Assembly: GCA_965197475.1 (NCBI GenBank)
Contig: CBDANF010000003.1
Location: 1,824,001-1,888,000, forward strand
Reading direction: 5' to 3'
DNA: 64,000 nucleotides
DNA from: Candidatus Poribacteria bacterium
Lineage (GTDB): Bacteria > Poribacteria > WGA-4E > WGA-3G
The notes beneath the pieces were generated by a model, which worked only from the letters and a program-made list of their open reading frames with translations, was not told where the DNA came from and did not search any database. The position numbers were made by a program, and so were the translations under genes. Of this stretch, positions 40,574 through 51,078 are shown piece by piece. The stretch's first letter is position 1. The number at the start of each line of letters is the position of its first letter.

Positions 40574-42120
40574 ATGAATAAACAACAAAAAGGTCCAAGA
40601 AGACATCATTGGAGACCACAATGGTATTTAGATGGATTTTCTATATCAGATAATCCAAAGCATTGCCACGGACTTAATGTTGTATCAGGTCAAGCAATAT
40701 GTAGCACTCATATAACAAATTTGGATGTCCAAAAGGATTTTTATAGAGTTTCAGATAATTTTTCGGGTATAGAGACTGAAGTATCACAATTTGATGGTGA
40801 AATGAGCCGCATATTCTCCGAAATTGTTTCAGAGAATAAAATGACATTCAGTAACCAATATGAATATGAACACAAAACAGAAATGATGTTACGTTTTATT
40901 ACACACATGATGGCTTTTGATCCTGCTGTAAGAGAAGGCATAATTAATGCAGCTAAAATTATAGCACCTGAAGATATTACTGATAAGAATGATGTAGAAC
41001 CTATCCCACTGCATATAGCCTTTTACTTAGAGTGTTTAGGAATTATTAGAAATATGGGGAGCAACATTGGATTCAAAACATTTACTGCAAGCGATGATAA
41101 TTTTTTTATTTGTCCAGATGTCATTAATTTTACAACAACTTATGATAACGAATTACACTTATGTTTCCCCTTACATAAAAACCTATGCTTATACGGCTGT
41201 TCTTCAAAAGAAATTTTAGATACACTTAACCCATCTGTTGCAGAAATCAATACAATGCTTCTATTTGAGAGTAGACAATTTGTATATTTTCCCAGTTGGG
41301 ATTTAAAAATACATAATGGGATTGGTGAAATTCCGATTAAAAATTTAATAAATAAAGGCATAGATGAAATGATAGAAATATGGTTGTCCAAAAACCCTGC
41401 TATTGTTAATCCTTTAAGCCGTTGTCCAATTAACTTAGCCCTAAGCTACCACACAATAGAAAAACACACACCTAATGACGCAAAAAAAGAATCATTAGAC
41501 TACATAGAAAAAACAATAAGCGATATTAAATCTGACATATACGCAATGTGCATTATACATGATGGCAATTCTGATAGTCGTAGTCCATTGAGTTTAGATA
41601 AATTCATGGAGATCACACAGGAAGTGTCCAAACTTGCAAACCTAAATATCAAACATTTTTTGTCGGAGAGCATAGCAACTGTATTCTTTAGAATGCATGA
41701 GTCTAATGACGGCTCAAATATGACAATGCGTATAGGAATACGAGAAAATATTAAAACACAGGAAGATGCCTTAAATACACAAGTTGTATGTAAAATTATG
41801 CCAATCAATGGGTAAATGCTGTTACGGACAGTATTTATGACAATGAAGGAATCCGTATTGCCACAGAACAGGCTAAATCTCTGGAATGCCCGATACATGC
41901 ACGACAATCTCACCTATTTTTATCAGAGTTTGTATCCCATACACAAATGGAATTAAATAATATCCGTGAATTAGCAAGGCAAGGTAATGCGACACCCGAC
42001 ATGAATATCCCATATTCTATATTGTTCCTACCTGAACCCAAAGATGGTGACATAGTGCAAAATTGTAGTATGCAGGATATTGCTAACAAAGTCAATTCCC
42101 TTATCCATGCACAATGGTAA
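40574..42120 (+). CDS. DUF4238-like protein; probably extends to 42120 through a frameshift at the GGG near 41810
   Basis: N-terminal HHWRPQWYL.GF; an alternative frame stays open from about 41793 to 42120 with no early start codon. Confidence 0.6.
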
Positions 42121-42143
42121 CCAATCAAAAAGGAGATACTATT

Positions 42144-42654
42144 ATGAATTCTATTAGTTTAAATGAGATATTCCAATCTGGTAAATTACTTATACCACAT
42201 TCTCTTAACAATTTGAAACTTTTTGTATCTTGGAATCGCCAAATTGAAAATATTTGTATTTCTAAAACAAAGAAATCGGGGGCAACATTTTCTATCTGGT
42301 TACATGTTTTTAATTTGTGCCTTAGCACACCAAGATTTGTAGTATTTGTTGCAATGAAAGAATATTCTACACTTTTAGAAACAATCATAGACGATCTGGA
42401 ACAAGTTATCCTCGGATATAAACTTAGCAATTCAATGCCTGCTATATCTCTTATAGGTAAACCTTCTCGTCCAACAGGGATAAGATTCCCAAACGGTTCA
42501 GAAATAAAATTTCTTGGATTAAGGATTAAAAAAACATTACAAAAAATAGAAAAGGAATCGCCTCAACTATTCTGGCTTAGTGATGCTTCCGAACTCTATG
42601 ATTTTGATATATGGAATCCAATTCATAGAATCTTACTATCACAAAATAAACAAC
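42144..42654 (+). pseudogene. 5' half of a degenerate phage terminase-large-subunit-like gene cut by IS3
   Basis: AGGAG RBS; IRFPNGSEIKFLGL...W.SDASE resembles PBSX-type terminase ATPase. Confidence 0.6.
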
Positions 42655-43899
42655 TGAAGTGCTACCGTTTATTCAGACCAAAATTTAGCAAAGTTAAGAC
42701 AAGTTTTTTTGCTCAAATTCCACAGGTGTCAAATACCCTAACGCAGAGTGAGGGCGTTTGTGATTATACACTTGTGTAATAAAATGCCCAATGCGGGTTC
42801 TTGCTTCGTGGATGTCCTCATAGTCATTGAGATGAACTTCTTCTTCCTTGAGCGTGCGGATAAGTCTTTCAGCATATCCGTTCTCCCAAGGACACCCTCT
42901 CCGGGCGACTGAAATCTCAATCCCATGATGCCTAAGCAGTGAGATGGACGCATTTGAAAGATATTGAACGCCTTGATCAGAATGATGGATCTCTGGGACA
43001 CTTTGACATAATGCTGTCTCCAAGGGTTTCAACGTCAGAGATTGCGTCAAGTGTTGACTGATATGCCACCCTCTGATCATGCGAGTGAAGACATCCATGA
43101 GCAGACAAACATAGATAAAGTGTCCTTTGAGGCGGACGTAGGTAATATCGCCCACCCAGACCTGATTACATCGGGAGACATCAAGGTTTTCAAGGCGATT
43201 GCTCCAGGGACGCACACCCGCAACGGATGTCGTGGTTTGACAGACACGCTTGACAGAAACCGAGAGGTTGGCGGACTTCATCAATCGGGCAACACGTTTA
43301 TACCCGATGGTGTATCCGCTACGCACCAACAACTGTGTGGGACGCCTATATCCGTATGTTGGATATAGCAAAGATAACGTCTCTATTTCATCCTGGAGGC
43401 CCGCTTCACACGGGGCCTGCTTGGAGTGATAATAGAGGTTGCTTCGGTTGAAACCGAGTGTCTCACATATCTGCCGAACCGAAAAGTCTGTCCGTAATGC
43501 CGTAACCATTTCTCGCTGCTCCATCGAGGCTAACTCAAGTAAGTTGAGGCTTTTTTTTGGATGTCAAGTGCCAAGGTCAACCGCCCAACGAGTTGCTCAA
43601 GTTGGGCGATCCGCTCCGCAGAGGCATCAGACTGTTTATCAGCGGGTTCAAAGAGGGTCGCCGCTTTTTCAAGAAGCTGTCGCTTCCACTTTGAAAGTTG
43701 TTCATCGATGAGGTTATGTCGCCGACACACTTCTGCTTGGGAACTTTCAACGCTGAGAGCCTCAAGAACAACTTCGGCTTTAAACTCGGGGGTGAAGTTT
43801 CTTCGTTTTCGTTTCGCCATCGGATACTCCTTTCAAGGAGATGGATATTATACCATAATCTTGTCTTAGAGAGCGGCCCGAATTTCCGGTGGCAGTACA
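42655..43899 (-). mobile_element. IS3-family insertion sequence, copy 2 (inverted, apparently identical)
   Basis: Same 1245-bp length and ends; identical OrfA (43530-43820) and OrfB (42694-43524) translations. Confidence 0.95.
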
Positions 43900-44004
43900 T
43901 TGTGTTATAGTGTCAGATGTATCGTCTCTATCACATCCTAAAGTTATTAAAAGTGCTAGTATAGCAACTAATAATATTGAGGTTTTTATCCCATTGAAGA
44001 ACAT
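43900..44004 (-). pseudogene. Lipoprotein gene truncated by IS3
   Basis: AGGAG RBS; MFFNGIKTSILLVAILALLITLGC lipobox; 35 codons up to the IS end. Confidence 0.65.
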
Positions 44005-44157
44005 AGCTATCTCTCCTATTATAAATCATAACAATGAGGAACAGCTGCCATTCCCCGAACAAAGCAAGCATAGATATGTCCGATAAAATAAAAAGTCAAT
44101 ATTCTGCATGCAGAATTCATGGTACTCGAATAGTACTTAAAATTACAGTACAAAATA

Positions 44158-44186
44158 TTGACAAAATTTAAAGAATATGATATACT
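44158..44186 (+). promoter_or_regulatory. Near-consensus sigma70 promoter
   Basis: TTGACA-17 nt-TATACT with TG extended -10. Confidence 0.65.
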
Positions 44187-44340
44187 TATAATGACGAGGA
44201 ATGGCAAACTGATCTTCAATGTTGTTTTCCTTAGTCTCAGGCAAGTTTGGCAATACCAGTACTAAACTTGTCAACCCGAAAATTAGACTCGTTGTGAGAA
44301 TCTTAAATGTGATGACTCACAACGAGTCATCAACACATCT

Positions 44341-44369
44341 ATTTTAACATAGCAACAATGCAATGTCAA
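44341..44369 (-). promoter_or_regulatory. Near-consensus sigma70 promoter convergent with 44158-44186
   Basis: TTGACA-17 nt-TAAAAT on the minus strand. Confidence 0.65.
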
Positions 44370-44389
44370 ATAAAATTACGCTTTTTTAA

Positions 44390-44886
44390 TTAATACCTAA
44401 TATAGTTTTTACTATCCTTATCGTCCATAATTTGATCAAACAGTCCTAACTGCTTTGGACCTTGCTGGTTTTCCACGTATTCTTTCAGGACATCCAATGT
44501 CACGCCACCCGTAGATGATACAAATTTAGAAGGTGTCCACAAAGACCGAATACGCCTCAACCATCTAAACTCTCTCCGTAATGTGCGAGATGAATATCCT
44601 TTAATCTTTCCGATAATCTCTGTAACATTGAAATGCGGAGCAATTGACACTAACAGATGTATATGATCTGACATGGTCTCAATTGCGATGACTTCATAAT
44701 TATAATCCTCCTGTTTTTCTTCAATAATCTCTTTCAACCGATCTTGGATTTTAGGCGACAGCCACTTCTTACGATACTTAGTACACCAGATGATGGATAA
44801 TCACAGGCATGTACCGTATGATTGGCACGCTTGTATTCGTTCTTTGTTCGATTAGATTTTGTTTGATATGCATTTCTGTCACTCAT
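44390..44886 (-). pseudogene. tnpA: IS200/IS605 Y1 transposase with a 1-nt frameshift near 44795
   Basis: HTVHACDY/IIWCTKYRK, DHIHLL (HUH), KG.SSR, LWTPSKFVSS.G, EYVENQ. Confidence 0.85.
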
Positions 44887-45438
44887 AATTTCCTTCCCTT
44901 TAAAATCAGAAGTGTGAGAACGGTGAACGTCCCCACACACGATAAACCCTTGCCACAGTTGACACGGTTTCAGTTTTATTGTAATATACGGAGTGCAAGT
45001 AAGTCGAAAAACAATAAACCACTTACCCGCACCCCTATGCAGGAAATCATAGACGATGAAAAGGGTCGTCTCATTCCTGCAATTCGGTAACGAAGTAATA
45101 GCAGGATTCAAGATGGCAATCAATGTGCCTGTTTACTCCTTACAAGTTCTAAATCGATCGTTTGACACACCACCGTGTGCCACCCGTCGACACGTTGACC
45201 TAATGTCAACACACGAACACACGTTTGTCAAATCTATTTTCAATCTATTTTGGCTCGATGGAGGCAATGTCAGAAAGAGTTTATCTGTGGTAACTAATGC
45301 TGATAACTAATGTTTGATTTTTTGTTTTTCTTGATTTTTTCAACAAAAACGGTATACTAGCACTGGTTTATATTGGAATTTTTACCTCAATAAAAATATT
45401 GTATCAATGCAATATTCCACTCGTTATAAAAATACTGT

Positions 45439-46424
45439 GGCTCATGTAAAAAGTAAGTGCTATTTTTTCAAAGTTATGTTAGAGTGTTACCTATGGACTT
45501 TCCAATACAATCTCTCCTGGATGAAGAAAAAACTCAAGCGTGGGTGTTGGATCATTTCCACCTTCAAGGGCTGTGTTGCCCAAAATGCCAAGCGAGCGTG
45601 GCGGAGGCACGCAAGTTCCGTCCGACTGAAACAAGTGGTCTACAAGTGTATCGCTGCAAACACTGTGAGAGCATCTACAACCTCTATACCGGGACGGTCT
45701 TTGCTGGCACGCAGTTTCGTCCCTCACAGGTCGTTCTGCTTTTGCGCGGTGTCTGTCAAGGTGTTTCAAGTGCACAACTCGGGTGTGAACTGGGTCTAAG
45801 TCGTCAAACCGTTCTTTCTATAAGACGTAAACTCCAAACTTCGGCAGAGCAGATACAACCCGAAGCTGCTTTACCTGATGCTGAAGTCGAAACAGATGAG
45901 ATGTTTCAAAACGCCGGTGAAAAAGGCGATAAGCACGTTGATGCTTCGGATCCGCCGCGTCGGCGTGGCAATAAACGCAGGGGACATGGGACTTATGACA
46001 ATGATCGTCCGCCTATTGTTGGGACGAAAGGTCGCGAAAGCGGTCTCCTGAGATTACGTGTTGTGCGGCACACCGATTCTGCGACGCTTTCAACACACGT
46101 TCATCAGTGGACGTTGCCGACTTCAACGGTGTATACGGATGGTTGGCGTGGCTATAACCGTATTCAGCGCGCCCGTGAGATTGTTCTCCATAAGGATGGC
46201 GAGTGGGCAAGAGACGCAGACGGTGATGGTCTTTACGAGATCCATACAAGGACGATTGAAGGTGCCTGGACGACGCTGCGAAACTTCCTTCGTCCCTTTC
46301 GTGGCGTTCATAAAAAGTTCCTCGCCGGTTACGTCGCAATCTGTGAGTTCGTCATGAATCTAAAAGCTGTCAGTGTTGATTTTATAGCAAAACTTGTCAA
46401 AAGCACTTACTCTTGACATGAGCG
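45439..46424 (+). mobile_element. IS1595-family element 1 (transposase about 45493-46416)
   Basis: TIR ggctcatgtaaaaagtaagtgct / agcacttactcttgacatgagcg; Zn ribbon, ETDE, VYTDG, IEG.W, RGV motifs. Confidence 0.9.
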
Positions 46425-46433
46425 AAGGGAAGT

Positions 46434-47418
46434 GGCTCATGTAAAAAGTAAGTGCTTTTTTCTTTCTTTCTGCTATAGTATAGCATATGGATTTTCCAAT
46501 ACTTTCTTTAATTGATGACGAACGCGCGGCGGAATGGTTGCTAAACCATTTCCATCCCCAGGGTTTACACTGTCCACATTGCGATGTGAGCGTGGCGGAG
46601 GCACGCTATTTTAGAACAACAAAAACAAGTCGCATAAAGGTTTACCGCTGTAAAGTATGTAAGGGTGTATATAACCTCTATAGTGGGACAGTGTTTGCTC
46701 AAAAACAGTATCGTCCTTCACAGGTAGTTCTGCTTTTGCAAGGTGTTTGCAAAGGTTTTTCTTCCGCTCAATTGGCACGCGAACTCAATATCAGTCGTCA
46801 AGCGGTGCTTTCCATACGGCGTGTGCTTCAGGCATCTGCCGAGATGATGCAACCTGAGGTAGCTTTGCCGGACACTGCAACAGAAACAGATGAGATGTTT
46901 CAAAACGCAGGTGAAAAAGGAGAACCGCATAAAGACCTGAAGGATCCACCGCGTCGGCGTGGTAATAAACGCAGAGGTCATGGCACTTATGCGAATGATC
47001 GTCCACCTATAGTCGGCACGATCGGGCGCAAAAGTAAGCGTGTCCGATTGCGTGTGGCACATCATACCGATAGTGCTACACTCTCATCACACGTGCATCA
47101 GTTCACGCTCCCCACTGCTACTGTATATACAGATGGATGGCGAGGCTATAATCGTATTGATCGTTCTCATGCGAGCGTGTGTCATGGTGATGGCGAATGG
47201 GCGAGGGATGACGATGCGGATGGTATTTTTGAAACCCATATCAACACGATTGAAGGTGTGTGGACAACGGTTCGTAACTTTCTCCGCCCATTTCGCGGTG
47301 TTCATAAAAAGTTCCTTTCGGGATATATCGCTATCTGTGAATTTGTTATTAATCTCAAATCTATTACTACTGAGTTTATATCACGACTCGTCCAACGCAC
47401 TCACTCATAACATGAGCC
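46434..47418 (+). mobile_element. IS1595-family element 2 (transposase 46487-47410), diverged paralog
   Basis: TIR ggctcatgtaaaaagtaagtgc / gcactcactcataacatgagcc; same catalytic motifs. Confidence 0.9.
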
Positions 47419-47464
47419 AACATCCTCTACAAAAATAGACAACACGTGTCACTCAAGATTTACT

Positions 47465-49582
47465 TTACCTTTCATTTGAAACAACCGGCACATCTTCTTT
47501 TTCAAGGATCGCATGCTTCACAGCTGGGAAAAACGGACTGTTAGAACTTATTGCCATCCATCTTTTCGAAAAGAATTCCATAGCAATGTGAACATTGGAA
47601 TCATTGGTAGACATATCACCTGATTCCTGTGATGGTATCCAATTTTCATAAGTAACTGGATCACCGTTGATCCATTGCAATGATGTGTTCTTTTGTGATG
47701 TTTTCAACCCAATCCAATAGAACAAGTTTTCAGCAAAACGTGCCTCTAACCATCTCTGTTCTGCTTCACTGTTAACACTAACAAGATATGCATCTTCTGC
47801 AGCAGCTTTAGTCTTTGCGTCATTCCAACTGTCGCACTGAATCTTTTTGTAAGCATGTCCATTTTCGGGGTTTACTGTCCACACCGCTTGTTGTTTTTTC
47901 ACCCGCTCATTCTGTTTTTTGCGATGTTTCTCCACATCTTTAAGTCTTAAGACCAGTTTATCGTAATGCTGTCCCTCTTTTAAACGAAACCATCTGGATT
48001 TTGCTGATGCGCCCTCATATCTCACCAACACCGAGTATTCTGCTGCCTCATCCAGTTGATTATACACGAAATAGCCTTGGGAATCAGTTTCAGCACCCCC
48101 GCTTGATGTTGATCTGCTTGAACCACTGGTAAAGAAAAGGAGGAAAGTATCTCGTATGCGTTGCCGAACGGTGAGTCGAATCCCCGCATTGGCAAGGGGT
48201 GTTCCATCCTTTAAAAGAACCCGTCCCCGAATTCGCATCGGCGCAGGTTTCACTGTGACGACTATGTTTTCAAGTGGCATACCCGGTTCAATAGCAAATG
48301 TGGGTTTGCCAAACCAGTTAGGTAAATTTCTATGAGATCCTTTGAAATAAAAAGTCATATCGCCGATTTCAAGGGTAACAATTTCAAAATCGGATCCCCC
48401 TTCAGGCAACATCACCAATTGTGATGGAACGGAATCAATGTTGGCAAAAGAAAAACCTCCTTGTTTATCAGTTTCGACTCGTTTCCAAGAAGATATAGGT
48501 GTGCAAGGGACCACATCATTATTTCGATTAAATTCTACCGGTTTAATTGTGAGTTCAAGCCCAGGAACAGCGTTTCCGTCTGTGTCTACAACCTTACCGG
48601 AAAGGGATGTAGTGCCTTTCTCTGTAATATTATCAGATTTTGAATCCTTTCTCGTATCTGTCTCTGCTGAGTTGACTAATTGTGCATCCGGTTTCTGTGC
48701 AGCATTGTTGTTTCTAATCGGAACATCCGAGTGTCCCGCCCGATTTCGCAACACGGGTTTCTCTGGAGAATCTACAATCTGTTGTGCATCTGTTATCTCA
48801 ACCGTCGGTTCGGATGTCGCGTCAAAACTATACGGTTTCTGAAAACGGTATAGATATTGCGCCCCCACACCCAGCAGTAAAAAAACTAAAATGGCAGAGG
48901 CACTCGAAACTAACCACGGAACCAGAGGTTTATTCCCAGACGGTGCTGCAGGTTTAAGATGTGATATTTCCTTCATAATATTCTCTGTTAATTGTATTGG
49001 CAATTGGAACCCACTAAGTATTTCTTGAATCATTGCTTCTTCCTTCCTTAATCGGTTGCGTGCGCGGTGAAGCCGACTCTTAACTGTGTTCGTTGATACG
49101 CCGAGAAATCTGCCAATCTCTTCACAACTCAAACTAGCAAGATAGTGAAGTGTAACCACTGTCCGATCGCTCTCTCGCAACTTGCTGAGCAGTTTATGAA
49201 CCACCGCGTAACGCTTTTCTTTTGTCACTTCCTCGCGCTGCCAAGACACGTATTCCGAGTAATATGCTTCCTCCAACTCAACAGGATCTGTTCCCTCTAA
49301 AGATTCTGGTTGGGGCTTTTTCTTTCGGTACCACGTGATACACTTGCGATTTGCGATGACATAGAGCCATCCCGCAAAGCAGTTGCGATTTTTGAGGGTC
49401 CCAAGTTTTTGATACGCAGTGATGAATACATCCTGAGTAATCTCTTGTGCAATGTGAAAATCACTGATCTTCTGCCATGCCAACGCGTGTATCTGATCTT
49501 GGTATTTTTCCACAAGTGCTGCGAAAGCATGCTGATCGCCTTCAAGGACGCGTTCAATCAACTCAGCATCACCGTGTTTCAT
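47465..49582 (-). CDS. ECF sigma-70 factor fused to a TM segment, carboxypeptidase-regulatory-like domains and a C-type lectin domain
   Basis: AQEITQDVF, F.GWLY.IA and TVKSRLHRAR sigma motifs; TM; SGKVVDTDG.AV; NPENGHAY..YLV.VNS.AEQ.W..WIGL..YENW. Confidence 0.85.
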   Translation of the reverse strand: MKHGDAELIERVLEGDQHAFAALVEKYQDQIHALAWQKISDFHIAQEITQDVFITAYQKLGTLKNRNCFAGWLYVIANRKCITWYRKKKPQPESLEGTDPVELEEAYYSEYVSWQREEVTKEKRYAVVHKLLSKLRESDRTVVTLHYLASLSCEEIGRFLGVSTNTVKSRLHRARNRLRKEEAMIQEILSGFQLPIQLTENIMKEISHLKPAAPSGNKPLVPWLVSSASAILVFLLLGVGAQYLYRFQKPYSFDATSEPTVEITDAQQIVDSPEKPVLRNRAGHSDVPIRNNNAAQKPDAQLVNSAETDTRKDSKSDNITEKGTTSLSGKVVDTDGNAVPGLELTIKPVEFNRNNDVVPCTPISSWKRVETDKQGGFSFANIDSVPSQLVMLPEGGSDFEIVTLEIGDMTFYFKGSHRNLPNWFGKPTFAIEPGMPLENIVVTVKPAPMRIRGRVLLKDGTPLANAGIRLTVRQRIRDTFLLFFTSGSSRSTSSGGAETDSQGYFVYNQLDEAAEYSVLVRYEGASAKSRWFRLKEGQHYDKLVLRLKDVEKHRKKQNERVKKQQAVWTVNPENGHAYKKIQCDSWNDAKTKAAAEDAYLVSVNSEAEQRWLEARFAENLFYWIGLKTSQKNTSLQWINGDPVTYENWIPSQESGDMSTNDSNVHIAMEFFSKRWMAISSNSPFFPAVKHAILEKEDVPVVSNER

Positions 49583-49927
49583 GGGACACCTCACAAACAG
49601 AATAATCTTTTAATTTATAGACGCGATTTTGAATTGGAAGGTTGCACTTTTGGAAATAAAACCAATATTTAAGGAAGAAGGTTCACCAAAATGATAACAT
49701 AAAGACGATCAACTGCCAATTTAAAATGACTATACTTTGGACATTTTTTAGTGTTTTATCTGAAAGCTTGGTTTATTCAACCTCTTAGACATTAAGACAA
49801 GCTCATCCTTATTATACCAATTCTATAAATTATTTTCTCTTTTGAAAAAATGTAAGAGGCGCAATGAATTGCGCGACTACGAACTGTCTATTTTTTTAAG
49901 AGAAGTTATTTTTGAGAAATGGTATTA

Positions 49928-50996
49928 TACCAAATTAACTTGATTCATATTGTTTTTCGATTTCACAAATCCATTGAAAGCCGACATGTGCCTGCATAAT
50001 GTCCCAGTTTTTAGCGAACCATTGACACCGATTGACAAGCATCTTTCAAGAGACAAAAGTGTTTGGAATACATGATTGGCAACCATCTCTCGTAACAAAG
50101 GCCAAAGCCGTTCGGCAGGTTGTAGTTCGGGCGAATAAGGAGGTAAATAAAATAACTCAATGCCCGCAGGCACTCACACCGCTTTACTCGTGTGAAACCC
50201 TGCGCGATCTACAAGCAGCACTATCTGTTTCTTTGCTTCGGGGTTTACATCACGCGCAAACTCTGCTAACGCAAGGTTCATCACCTCAACACTGACGGTG
50301 GGCAACAGAAGCCAATAGGTATCACCTGTCTGAGGACGCACAAAACCGAATCCGTAAACCTAAACAGGTTCGTCTTCTACCCAAACTTCTACCGGTTTTC
50401 CGGGTGCTCACTTTCAAGGGCAGCGACGCGCGCTTTTAGTTTTTTAATGCCTGCTGTGCTTTCGGTGTCACAGATACCTGATGTTGTGGACGAGGTGTCT
50501 GTCCAGTCCAACCGAGGCGTTTGAGATACTTCCAACCTGACATGGCACGGACAGGGTGCTGAAGTCTCTCTGATATCCAAGCAGCAACTTTAGGACCTGT
50601 CCAAAGTCCACCATCAGCAGGAGGCGCAGAAAGTGCAGCCTCAAGTGCTGCTTGCTGTGTTTCATCCAGAAAACGGCACCTTCCATTGTTTTTGCGTTTG
50701 TCTCGTAGTGCTTTTTCACCCGCAGCGTTATAGCGTTTGAGTAGTTTGCGAACCCAGTCCGCAGTGCAACCTACAATATCAGCGACTTCGCGGGGTGTCC
50801 TCGGATGTGTGGTGTCAGCAAGAAGCCAAATAATATGCCAATGTGTCCGTTCCCGAGAACATTTACATTCAAGATACCTTTGTCTAAGAACTTCTGTCGT
50901 AAAATGGGGAAAACCCGTTGTTTAGTGTTTTTGTTTTCATGTGTTCACAATAACAATCTAAAAAACAAATACAAGAATATTTACGTTAATATGGTA
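49928..50996 (-). mobile_element. IS630-family element with decayed transposase
   Basis: TIR taccaaattaac / gttaatatggta flanked by TA; GGLWTGPKV, DRAGFH, LPPYSPELQPAERLW; several frameshifts. Confidence 0.85.
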
Positions 50997-51078
50997 TAAC
51001 CTGTAAATATACTTGAATACTATTGACAGTGCGCTTACAAAGCGCGCCTACAGTTAAATGTTTACATTTTTAATGATG

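Noticed and set aside
32626-43899. Composite transposon that imported the 8.8-kb cargo
   Set aside because: The outer flanks (gtt / ttg) do not match. The swapped TSD and split gene indicate an in situ inversion.
33871-44004. Intact lipoprotein-S1 gene obtained by joining 44004-43900 to 33873-34199
   Set aside because: The join is in frame only with a 2-bp duplication, the S1 part starts mid-repeat, and an exported S1 protein is implausible; probably chance.
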